Positions 13,601 through 25,318 of a stretch of 64,000 nt of DNA are shown piece by piece. Location of the stretch: the NCBI GenBank assembly GCA_964016885.1, contig OZ024761.1, positions 11,284,001-11,348,000 on the forward strand. The letters are read 5' to 3'. The position numbers and the translations under genes were made by a program. Within the stretch, counting starts at the first letter, position 1. Each line of letters starts with the position of its first letter. The notes below the pieces were generated by a model that ran no database searches, was not told the origin of the DNA, and saw nothing but the letters and a program-made list of their open reading frames with translations. Source of the DNA: Eledone cirrhosa (Eukaryota).

Positions 13601-16187
13601 ACACTGTAAAGTAGTGGTTTTGGTGACACGACAAAAGGTACCCAGTCCACACTGTAAAGTAGTGGTTTTGGTGACACGACAAAAAGTACCCAGTCCACAC
13701 TGTAAAGTAGTGGTTTTGGTGACACGACAAAAGGTACCCAGTCCACACTGTAAAGTAGTTGTTTTGGTGACACGACAAAAGGTACCCAGCCCACACTGTA
13801 AAGTAGTGGTTTTGGTGACACGACAAAAGGTACCCAGTCCACACTGTAAAGTAGTTGTTTTGGTGACACGACAAAAGGTACCCAGTCCACACTGTAAAGT
13901 AGTGGTTTTGGTGACACGACAAAAGGTACCCAGTCCACACTGTAAAGTAGTGGTTTTGGTGACACGACAAAAGGTACCCAGTCCACACTGTAAAGTAGTT
14001 GTTTTAGTGACACGACAAAAGGTACCCAGCCCACACTGTAAAGTAGTGGTTTTGGTGACACGACAAAAGGTACCCAGTCCACACTGTAAAGTAGTGGTTT
14101 TAGTGACACGACAAAAGGTACCCAGTCCACACTGTAAAGTAGTGGTTTTGGTGACACGACAAAAGGTACCCAGTCCACACTGTAAAGTAGTGGTTTTGGT
14201 GACACGACAAAAGGTACCCAGTGCACACTGTAAAGTAGTGGTTTTGGTGACACGACAAAAGGTACCCAGTCCACACTGTAAAGTAGTGGTTTTGGTGACA
14301 CGACAAAAGGTAGCCAGTCCACACTGTAAAGTAGTGGTTTTGGTGACACGACAAAAGGTACCCAGTCCACACTGTAAAGTAGTGGTTTTGGTGACACGAC
14401 AAAAGGTACCCAGTCCACACTGTAAAGTAGTTGTTTTAGTGACACGACAAAAGGTACCCAGCCCACACTGTAAAGTAGTGGTTTTGGTGACACGACAAAA
14501 GGTACCCAGTCCACACTGTAAAGTAGTGGTTTTGGTGACACGACAAAGGGTACCCAGTCCACACTGTAAAGTAGTGATTTTGGTGACACGACAAAAGGTA
14601 CCCAGTCCACACTGTAAAGTAGTGGTTTTGGTGACACGACAAAAGGTACCCAGTCCACACTGTAAAGTAGTGGTTTTGGTGACACGACAAAAGGTACCCA
14701 GTCCACACTGTAAAGTAGTGGTTTTGGTGACACGACAAAAGGTACCCAGTCCACACTGTAAAGTAGTTGTTTTAGTGACACGACAAAAGGTACCCAGTCC
14801 ACACTGTAAAGTAGTGGTTTTGGTGACACGACAAAAGGTACCCAGTCCACACTGTAAAGTAGTGGTTTTGGTGACACGACAAAAGGTACCCAGTCCACAC
14901 TGTAAAGTAGTGGTTTTGGTGATACGACAAAAGGTACCCAGTCCACACTGTAAAGTAGTGGTTTTGGTGACACGACAAAAGGTACCCAGTCCACACTGTA
15001 AAGTAGTGGTTTTGGTGACACGACAAAAGCTACCCAGTCCACACTGTAAAGTAGTGGTTTTGGTGACACGACAAAAGGTACCCAGTCCACACTGTAAAGT
15101 AGTTGTTTTAGTGACACGACAAAAGGTACCCAGTCCACACTGTAAAGTAGTGGTTTTGGTGACACGACAAAAGGTACCCAGTCCACACTGTAAAGTAGTT
15201 GTTTTGGTGACACGAGAAAAGGTACCCAGTCCACACTGTAAACTAGTGGTTTTGGTGACACGACAAAAGGTACCCAGTCCACACTGTAAAGTAGTGACAA
15301 AAGGTACCCAGCCCACACTGTAAAGTAGTGGTTTTGGTGACACGACAAAAGGTACCTAGTCCACACTGTAAAGTAGTTGTTTTGTTGACACGACAAAAGG
15401 TACCCAGTCCACACTGTAAAGTAGTTGTTTTGGTGACACGACAAAAGGTACCCAGTCCACACTGTAAAGTAGTGGTTTTGGTGACACGACAAAAGGTACC
15501 CAGTCCACACTGTAAAGTAGTGGTTTTGGTGACACGACAAAAGGTACCCAGTCCAGACTGTAAAGTAGTGGTTTTGGTGACACGACAAAAGGTACCCAGT
15601 CCACACTGTAAAGTAGTGGTTTTGGTGACACGACAAAAGGTACCCAGTCCACACTGTAAAGTAGTTATTTTGGTGACACGACAAAAGGTACCCAGTCCAC
15701 ACTGTAAAGTAGTGGTTTTGGTGACACGACAAAAGGTACCCAGTCCACACTGTAGAGTAGTGGTTTTGGTGACACGACAAAAGGTACCCAGTCCACACTG
15801 TAAAGTAGTTGTTTTGGTGACACGACAAAAGGTACCCAGTCCACACTGTAAAGTAGTGGTTTTGGTGACACGACAAAAGGTACCCAGTCCACACTGTAAA
15901 GTAGTGGTTTTGGTGACACGACAAAAAGTACCCAGTCCACACTGTAAAGTAGTGGTTTTGGTGACACGACAAAAGGTACCCAGTCCACACTGTAAAGTAG
16001 TGGTTTTGGTGACACGACAAAAGGTACCCACTCCACACTGTAAAGTAGTGGTTTTGGTGACACGACAAAAGGTACCCAGTCCACACTGTAAAGTAGTGGT
16101 TTTGGTGACACGACAAAAAGTACCCAGTCCACACTGTAAAGTAGTTGTTTTGGTGACACGACAAAAGGTACCCAGTCCACACTGTAA
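4662..16187. repeat. ~11.5 kb array of a 48-bp unit (~240 copies) inside an RP2 intron
   Basis: Unit GTGACACGACAAAAGGTACCCAGTCCACACTGTAAAGTAGT(G/T)GTTTT(G/A), with a KpnI site in most units. Two 34-bp truncated units lie at ~10555 and ~15293. Confidence 0.98.
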
Positions 16188-16893
16188 ATGTAGTTGGTGT
16201 TAGGAAAGGCATCCAGGCATGGAAACGAAGGCAAAAGGAGTTCTGTATGAGCAAGACACGGGCACCTGACCCAACTTACCTCAAATGGGATGACCTGTCT
16301 AACCCATGCTAGCGTTAAACTATGATATATATATATATAAGTAAGTTTGTTTTTGAAAATACGGCGAAAGCTATTTCTAATATATACATATATATAAACA
16401 TTTGAATCTGTAAAGCCAAAACAATGCAGGTATGGACATAGAATAAAAAATGCAAATGCATAAGATATTGTTGACAATTAGTCTTTTACCTTAGATTTAT
16501 TTAAATGTCCTTAATTTTCGAGATAATATCTCTTCTTCGGAGGGAAGTAAAGCGGTTAAACCAGTGTTCTAAATAGCTTGCCAAGTCATGCTGACAGGAA
16601 ATGGTATACATATATATATATAATGGTATACATATATATATATGTAAAGTGGACGCGTAAAAGACACGTCAAAAAGCATCCAGCCCACACTGTAAATGTG
16701 GTTGGCATTAGGAAGGGCATCCAGCCGTATAAAACCAGCCAGAAACACCCCTATTTGAATGAGACATGGTCACCCGACACAACTTGCCTTAAACTAGGAC
16801 CCATCTAACCCACGCTAGCATGGAAGATAGACGTTAATCGGTGATGATGATGATGATATAATATATAGTGTGTGTTGCTGTTTTTTCTTCCAG

Positions 16894-17066
16894 TGTTTTT
16901 GTAAGGGACTGCAAAAATTGCAAGATAATGACGGGCTGCCAACAATTCAGGACCAGAGACTGCACTCAAATCGACGCCTTCCTTCTATCTACCACAAAAC
17001 CCATCATTGAGTCTTCAACGGGAATGAGGTTTTCATGCTTTCAGTATTACTATCCCCAGCTAGAAG
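16894..17066 (+). CDS. RP2: RP2 coding exon containing the arginine-finger motif QQFR
   Basis: ttcttccag|T...GAAG|gtaaga; [57 protein letters not shown]. The catalytic QQFR and PIIESS motifs are conserved. Confidence 0.95.
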
Positions 17067-17079
17067 GTAAGAATCACCC

Positions 17080-17880
17080 ACACTGTGTGGGTGATATCTT
17101 GTACACTACATATCATACACTGTCACATCACACACACTGTCGGTTATATCTCATACACTACATACCACACACATTGTTACACCACATACTGTGTTATATC
17201 ACATGCACTACATGATATCACACACATTGTTACACCACATACTGTGTTATATCACATACACTACATGATATCACACACATTGTTACACCACATACTGTGT
17301 TATATCTCGTACACTACATATCACACACATTGTTACACCACATACTGTGTTATATCTCGTACACTACATATCACACACATTGTTACACCACATACTGTGT
17401 TATATCACATACACTACGTGATATCACACACATTGTTACACCACATACTGTGTTATATCTCGTACCCTACATATCACACACATTGTTACACCACATACTG
17501 TTTTATATCTCATACACTACATGATATCACACAACAAGTTTATATCTCGTACACTACACAATATCACACACACTGTGGGTTATATCTCATACACTACATG
17601 ATATCACACAAGTTTATATCTCGTACACTACACAATATCACACACACTGTGGGTTATATTTCGTACACTACATGATATCACACACCATGTTATATCACAT
17701 ACTGTGTTATATCTCATACACTACATGATATCACACACTATGTTATATCCCATACACTACATATCACACACATTGTTACACCACATACTGTGTTATATCC
17801 AATACACTACATATCACACACACTATGGGTTATATTTCATACACTACATTTCACACACCATGTTATATCTCATATGCTAC
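17080..17880. repeat. Degenerate ~46-51 bp minisatellite (CACACATTGTTACACCACATACTGTGTTATATCTC..ACACTACAT..AT)
   Basis: Visible tandem copies begin 14 nt after an RP2 donor site. Confidence 0.85.
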
Positions 17881-19306
17881 AGTTCACCCTGTATAGTATT
17901 ACTATATCTATATATATACTACAGTTCTACAGCTATATAATATATACACCCTCTACAGTATCACAATGTCTATATATACACTGGAGTTCTACAGCTATAT
18001 AATATATACACCCTCTACAGTATTACTATATCTATATATACACTACAGTTCTACAGCTATATAATATATACACCATATACATCCTCTACAGTATCACAAT
18101 GTCTATATATGCACTAGAGTTCTACAGCTATATAATATATACACCATATACACCCTCTACAGTATCACAATATCTATATATACACTAGTGTTCTACAGCT
18201 ATATAATATATACATCATATACAGTATCACAATGTCTATATATACACTAGAGTTCTACAGCTATATAATATATACACCATATACACCCTGTACAGTATCA
18301 CAATGTCTATATATACACTAGAGTTCTACAGCTATATAATATATACACCATATACACCCTGTACAGTATCACAATGTCTATATATACACTAGAGTTCTAC
18401 AGCTATATAATATATACACCATATACACCCTGTACAGTATCACAATGTCTATATATACACTAGAGTTCTACAGCTATATAATATATACACCATATACACC
18501 CTGTACAGTATCACAATGACTATATATACACTAGAGTTCTACAGCTATATAATATATACACCATATACACCCTCTACAGTATCACAATGTCTATATATAC
18601 ACTAGAGTTCTACAGCTATATAATATATACACCATATACACCCTGTACAGTATCACAATGTCTATATATACACTAGAGTTCTACAGCTATATAATATATA
18701 CACCATATACACCCTGTACAGTATCACAATGTCTATATATACACTAGAGTTCTACAGCTATATAATATATACACCATATACACCCTGTACAGTATCACAA
18801 TGTCTATATATACACTAGAGTTCTACAGCTATATAATATATACACCATATACACCCTGTACAGTATCACAATGTCTATATATACACTAGAGTTCTACAGC
18901 TATATAATATATACACCATATACACCCTGTACAGTATCACAATGTCTATATATACACTAGAGTTCTACAGCTATATAATATATACACCATATACACCCTG
19001 TACAGTATCACAATGTCTATATATACACTAGAGTTCTACAGCTATATAATATATACACCATATACACCCTGTACAGTATCACAATGTCTATATATACACT
19101 AGAGTTCTACAGCTATATAATATATACACCATATACACCCTGTACAGTATCACAATGTCTATATATACACTAGAGTTCTACAGCTATATAATATATACAC
19201 CATATACACCCTCTACAGTATCACAATGTCTATATATACACTAGAGTTCTACAGCTATATAATATATACACCATATACACCCTCTACAGTATCACAATGT
19301 CTATAT
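17880..19306. repeat. 71-bp minisatellite
   Basis: AGTTCTACAG recurs at 18251, 18322, 18393 and onward. The last unit runs into the RP2 acceptor at 19312. Confidence 0.95.
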
Positions 19307-19312
19307 TTCCAG

Positions 19313-19416
19313 AACAATTCCGCAGTGCCCAGCTGAGCACCTTCAACAATAACTGGAGCAGTATCTTTGACTTTACAGAAGTTGCCGGACTGCCTAACTT
19401 ATCCCTCTTACCTGAG
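19313..19416 (+). CDS. RP2: RP2 coding exon
   Basis: tttccag|AA...CCTGAG|gtaagg; (E)QFRSAQLSTFNNNWSSIFDFTEVAGLPNLSLLPE, matching the RP2 pattern QF..AGLS.FNN.WS.I.DFT. Confidence 0.95.
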
Positions 19417-19742
19417 GTAAGGAGTGGCCCGCATCACAGAACTTTCCTACTTCTTTTTCAAACCTTCATTATTCTCCCCTCCCCCTCCCCCCCTCTCCTT
19501 CTCCTCGTCCCCTCCTCCTTATCGCACTCACCCCCTCCTCTTTCCCACCCTCACCCCTTCCCTTTTCTCCCCCTCACTCTTCTCCCCTCTCTCCTCCTCA
19601 CCCCTCCTCTTTCTCCTCCTCACCCCCTCCTCTTTCTCATCCTGCCCCTCTTCATCACATTCAATCCCTCACCCCCCCCTACAGTTATGTTCATAAATGT
19701 TCAACAAATTCAGTTTTCTTTCTTTTTCTTTCTCTCTTAAAG

Positions 19743-19871
19743 AAAGTCGTAATAGAAGATTACATTCCACTACCTACTGTAGAACCCTTTAACAGTCTTG
19801 ACATAGTCACCAGCCCTTTACGTAGTGTCGTACCAGTGACATTAGGCTCCAGAAAACGACCCTCAGATGAG
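19743..19871 (+). CDS. RP2: RP2 coding exon
   Basis: Long pyrimidine tract + taaag|AAA...GATGAG|gtaggt; KVVIEDYIPLPTVEPFNSLDIVTSPLRSVVPVTLGSRKRPSDE (129 nt, phase 0/0). Confidence 0.9.
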
Positions 19872-19924
19872 GTAGGTACCATTTTCTTCAGGTCATCTGA
19901 CAAAATTTTATTTATGAAGTTCAA

Positions 19925-20291
19925 TATATGATTAGAGAGGTCTACTAAATATATGATTAGAGAGAAGTCTACTAAATATATGATTAGAGAGGTCTACTAA
20001 ATATATGATTAGAGAGAGGTCTACTAAATATATGATTAGAGAGGTCTACTAAATATATGATTAGAGAGAGGTCTACTAAATATATGATTAGAGAGGTCTA
20101 CTAAATATATGATTAGAGAGAGGTCTACTAAATATATGATTAGAGAGGTCTACTAAATATATGATTAGAGAGAGGTCTACTAAATATATGATTAGAGAGG
20201 TCTACTAAATATATGATTAGAGAGAGGTCTACTAAATATATGATTAGAGAGGTCTACTAAATATATGATTAGAGAGAGGTCTACTAAATAT
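19925..20291. repeat. Alternating 25/27-bp minisatellite (52-bp dimer)
   Basis: CTACTAAATATATGATTAGAG(AG)AGGT starts at 19942, 19969, 19994, 20021, 20046 and onward. Confidence 0.93.
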
Positions 20292-20786
20292 AGACGAAAT
20301 CTTTTGAGTCCATGGAAGCTAGGAAAAGATTCAACTAGAGAAAGTTCTGGATGTTTCATAGCTTCCTTTGTGTCTTCTTTTCTTTTTTTTTTCTTATTCA
20401 TTTTCTTATCCATAATCTGCCTATGAGATTCTGATATTATTTATTTTGAGAACAATACCTTAACATCAGTATGAGCGGCAAGTTACAGCCGGTTTGAACA
20501 GGAAGAAGTGAGAGAATTCTGGCCGGATATGGTTGGTTTAGATGTTAAAAGGTTAAATATATATAAACCTCTACCCAAAACAATGATGATGATGATGATG
20601 ATGATGATGAGGATGATGGTGGTGGTGGTGGTGGTGGTGGTGGTGGTGATGACAGTATTGATGATGATGATGATGATGACGACAGTGATGATGATGATGG
20701 TGACGACAGTAATTATTATGTTGATGATGATGATGATGATGTTGATGATACCAGTGCATTAACACTATCTCTTCTCTCTGCCACAG

Positions 20787-20867
20787 TGTTGTTTGATAGT
20801 GTTCTTCAGTGATGGCAGCTCACACGACCGTGCCGTGAGGTTTATTGAAAAAATGAAGACCGAACAT
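20787..20867 (+). CDS. RP2: RP2 coding exon (start of NDK-like C-terminal domain)
   Basis: ctgccacag|TGT...CAT|gtaagt; CCLIVFFSDGSSHDRAVRFIEKMKTEH (81 nt). Confidence 0.9.
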
Positions 20868-20957
20868 GTAAGTACACATATCTACCTGGACCTAGTTATA
20901 TTTGACCCTTTCTACACCAAACCACAGCTGGTCAGGGCTGGATTTAATGGGGGGAAG

Positions 20958-21542
20958 GCAAGATGTGCTGCAGTATGTCACAAGATGTGGCACAGTATGT
21001 CACAAGATGTGGCGCAGTATGTCACAAGATGTGGCGCAGTATGTCACAAGATGTGACACAGTGTGTCACAAGATGTGGCGCAGTATGTCACAAGATGTGG
21101 CGCAGTATGTCACATCTTGTGACACATTGTGTCACAAGATGTGACACAGTATGTCACAGGATGTGCCGCAGTATGTCACAAGATGTGGCACAGTATGTCA
21201 CAAGATGTGGTGCAGTATATCACAAGATGTGGCGCAGTATGTCACAAGATGGGACACAAGATGTGGTGCAGTATGTCACAAGATGTGGCACAGTATGTCA
21301 CAAGATGTGGGGCAGTATGTCACATCTTGTGACACAGTGTGTCACAAGATGTGACACAGTATGTCACAAGATGTGGCACAGTATGTCACAAGATGTGGTG
21401 CAGTATGTCACAAGATGTGCAGTATGTCACAAGATGTGGGGCAGTATGTCACAGGATGTGCCGCAGTATGTCACAAGATGTGGCACAGTATGTCACAAGA
21501 TGTGGCGCAGTATGTCACCAGATGTGCCACAGTATGTCACAT
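20958..21542. repeat. 22-bp minisatellite CACAAGATGTGGCGCAGTATGT with short inverted units
   Basis: Tandem copies. The inverted segment CACATCTTGTGAC at ~21111 and ~21321 marks a ~210-bp duplication. Confidence 0.92.
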
Positions 21543-21589
21543 GACTAAGTCTTTCCATTACTGCTATATTCCATCTTTTCCTATTTCAG

Positions 21590-21689
21590 CCCGAAGTGAG
21601 ATTGTTACAAAGCAGTGAGGTTGTTATGGAAAAGGACGAAGTTGAACGAGTGTTTGGCAGTCAGTCGTATCAAGCTGCAGCTAAACAAG
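21590..21689 (+). CDS. RP2: RP2 coding exon
   Basis: ctatttcag|CCC...CAAG|gtaagg; PEVRLLQSSEVVMEKDEVERVFGSQSYQAAAKQ(G). Confidence 0.9.
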
Positions 21690-22355
21690 GTAAGGAATGT
21701 TTGGTCAAGGAGAGAGAAACATTGAGTTAGGTAAACACATCTTGCTAAAATAAAGGTAAACTTTCAAGAAGTAATCTAATCTGGCCGAGTTTACACTCAC
21801 AAATAAGAAGAACCAGGGCCACCCCCTAGGAGCATTGGATTTGGTGTACTTCATATTTGTTTTGGTTGCTGAATACAGTCAGGGGTCGTTGCTTCTCCTG
21901 AAGGTCAATAGTTCTCTTCTAACTCGAGCGGGAACACCTTTCCATTGTCAATTTGCATTGAACATCTGCAAAGCTGCATTGTTTTCAGAACCGCTACACC
22001 AGTCTTTCGATGCGTGCAGCTGGAACTACTGCCACCTATTGATTTGGCAGGAGTTTTTTAAATTTTTTTATAGATATGGCCGTTGACTCTTATGAGTTCT
22101 TCCGCCCTTTGTCAGGTTTTGTTTTTTGTCGTACAGGGTGTCCAAAAGCACCCTCCTCACCAAGTAAAGTTAGTGGGGTTGCCGGTTTACTCACCGACGA
22201 CCCGACCATGCGACAGGTTGTACTGGGTTACATGATACCAGTAGCACTGAAAACTGGTGAACAGAGCAGGTGAGAAATATTGAAGAAGTGGTTAGGGTAA
22301 CCAGAGAATAGCTGTTTGTATTTAACCATTTCATTTGGTTTCATTTCGTTTTCAG

Positions 22356-22531
22356 GTCCTGTAATTGGTCTGGAGCTGTGTGGGGACCGAGTGATCACCT
22401 TCTGCCAATTGCAGATTGTCAACATAATGAAGGGCACGACAGGTCTGGTGTTTGTCAGCCAGAACGAGGACTTAGCTAAGAAGCAGATCGAGAATTTCTT
22501 CAACTACGCTGATATGCAGATGAAGGTTTGA
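22356..22531 (+). CDS. RP2: RP2 last coding exon with stop codon
   Basis: gttttcag|GT CCT...; (G)PVIGLELCGDRVITFCQLQIVNIMKGTTGLVFVSQNEDLAKKQIENFFNYADMQMKV*. The eight exons total 973 nt (1 nt + 324 codons including the stop), all in frame. Confidence 0.93.
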
Positions 22532-22587
22532 TGCAAAACCAGTCACCTAGCCTACTACTACTGCTTTCTTATTCTTCTTCTCCCTCC

Positions 22588-22627
<40 letters not shown>

Positions 22628-23137
22628 GGTGGATTTGCAGTATCGGAAGAGCGTCAGACACCATGCTTTGCAGCATAGAGTTATGGCCCTTTATGATCTG
22701 AGTTCAAATTCCGCCGAGGTTAACTTTACTTTTCATCCTTAAGGGGTCGATAAAATAAAGTACCAGTCACGCACTGGGGTCGATTTAATCGACTTTCCCC
22801 TCCCCCAAAATTGCTGGCCTTGTGCAACCATTATTATTATTATCACTACCAGTAATACACTGGAATAATTGCTGGCCTTGTGCCAAAAGTAGAAACAATT
22901 ATTACTACTACTACTACTATACTTTAAAGGGGTGCTGTGGGGTGGATTGGCAGAATTGTTAGAGTATCAGGCAAAATTCTGTTTGGTATTTAGGTTCTGA
23001 GTTCAAATCTTTACTGAAGTTAACTTTGCCTTTCATACTTTCAAGGGAAGGGGGTTGATAAAACAAAGTACCAATAAAATATTGGGGTCAATTCCACTGG
23101 CTTTCCCCTCTCCCTAAATTGTTGGCCTTGCGCCCAA

Positions 23138-23181
<44 letters not shown>

Positions 23182-23721
23182 TCTACTTTCACAGTAGAGA
23201 CTCTGATGGCTTACTTCCATCCAAATATATGGTCCAAATGCTTTTGTTTCAACCCTGCCCCTTTTCTATTTAAATATATATTTGGTGTGTGAAGAAGTTG
23301 TTACATTAACTCGTGTTTCATCATTCACACCTCTACTGCTGCTTGTGTTGTTGTTAGGTGAGAATCTAGTCCTATATCTTTGATCAATTATTCTGTGTGT
23401 GTATATATATATCTATACACATATGTGTAAATATATATATATATGTGTGTATATATATATATAATAAAAATCTATATCTTCTTTATTACTGGCGTCCCTT
23501 GTGATGTCTTTACAGTTTTTGTTGTTTTAACTTTTATCCCATCTGTTATGGCTCCAGATGTATCTCCAGCCACAAGTAGCCAGATAATGTAGACCTGCCT
23601 AGTTCTAACTGTTATCACATCTGTTATGGCTCCAGATGTATTTCCAGCCACAAGTAGCCAGATAATATAATAGACTTGCCTAGTCCTAGCTGTTATCACA
23701 TCTGTTATGACTCCATTTTAG

Positions 23722-24012
23722 CCACTAAAACAATTACATCACGAAGGAGTTATTTTAGCTACAGTTGCACATGTCTGGCAGATGACTTGATCTGAGACTG
23801 TGTTGTAACTAAAGCAATTACATCATGAAGGAGTTATTTTAGCTACAGTTGTACATGTCTGGCAGATGACTTGATCTGAGACGGTGTTGTAACTAAAGCA
23901 ATTACATCATGAAGGAGTTATTTTAGCTACAGTTGTACATGTCTGATAGATGACTTGATCTGAGACGGTGTGTTGAAACTAAAACAATTACATCATGGTA
24001 GAGTCATTTTAG
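23722..24012. repeat. ~68-bp tandem repeat, ~4 copies
   Basis: ACTAAAGCAATTACATCATGAAGGAGTTATTTTAGCTACAGTTGTACATGTCTGGCAGATGACTTGATCTGAGAC repeated. Confidence 0.85.
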
Positions 24013-25250
24013 TAATTTATGAACTTACAAACAAATTTCTACATTCACTTTTCATTTCTTTCTTTCGGGGAGTGGAGGTAGCATGGTTGAATGGTGAAAA
24101 AGTTCACTTCATGGTCAGGAAATCCCTGTTTCAATCCTGGCACAGAGCATCTTGGTCAAGTGACATTTATGATATGTCTTGGGTTGACCCAAACCTTATG
24201 AGTGAAACTGGGTAAACGAAAACTGTTTGGAAGCTCTTCAGATGGACTGTACCTGTAATTCAAAGGGGCAACTATGTCACACACTGTGTCATGCTGAATC
24301 TCCCTGAGAATTATATTATGGGTACACGTGTCTGTGGAATGCTCAGCCACTGGCACATTAATTTCACAAGCTGGCTGGTCCATTGATTGAACATTCATAA
24401 TTAAAACCAACAGAAGCTAAATTCCATTGTATTTCTTTCATAGTGACACACTTTTCATGTCGTTCTTTACAACTTGGTCACTGACACAATTGTTCTGCAA
24501 GAGTTGAAGTTGGAATTGTATCAGTGACCAGGTCACAGAGAGTACCATGAAAATTTTGACATGAAATGTATGAAAAGTGAATATAACGATTTTTTTCTTC
24601 TTCTTCATATGACAGAAGGTTTTTAGACGAATATAAATATTTATTTAAAATATACAGCTTGGTTATCGTATGTGTGTAATGAAAGGGTTAATGACGTAGG
24701 TAGTGTCTTTCATTAGAAATATGGTAATGAAAGGGTTAAATAGCTAAAGAGCTGATATCCATCAAGCTAACTCCAAGATTATCTTTACAAAAGTAGTTCT
24801 TTTGTTTGTTTTTTTTTAGTTTGTCTTTGTTCCAGATATCTGTGTTGGGTCTGTTGTTGTTGTTGTTGTTGTTGTTTAGTCATGCCCCCTCCCCCCACTC
24901 CACCTCCACTCAAAGTTGACACATTCACTCTGATTCGGTTGTTGTTGTTGATGTTAAGTCATGCCCACCCCCCACTCCAACTCCACTCCACTCCACCTCC
25001 ACTCAAAGTTGACACATTCACTCTGATTCGGCAGACCTATGACCAAAGGCATTTCAAGCCAGCACCATACCGTCTTTTAATTTCAAACCAATTTATATCT
25101 CTAAAATTACATTATCTAATAATAATGATAATAATGATAATAATAATGATTAATAATGATAATAATTGTTTCTTTATTAGCCACAAAGGGCTCATTCATA
25201 CAATAAATATTGAAAAATATGCGAGTAGGGTGTTACTATATATATGTATG

Positions 25251-25318
<68 letters not shown>

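Noticed and set aside
4662-16187. CRISPR array
   Set aside because: The units are contiguous with no unique spacers, there are no cas genes, and the context is a eukaryotic intron. The same applies to the other 22-71 bp arrays.
4519-16477. Giant ORFs (2028, 1657, 926, 825 aa etc.) as protein-coding genes
   Set aside because: They are translations of a 48-bp SINE-derived tandem repeat inside an RP2 intron. They are open in several frames at once and have no unique domain.
20508-20765. Poly-Met/Val or poly-His ORFs
   Set aside because: (GAT)n/(GGT)n trinucleotide microsatellite in an intron.
20902-21618. Cys/His-rich ORFs resembling zinc fingers (CGAVCHKM)
   Set aside because: A 22-bp minisatellite cycling through frames, located in an RP2 intron.
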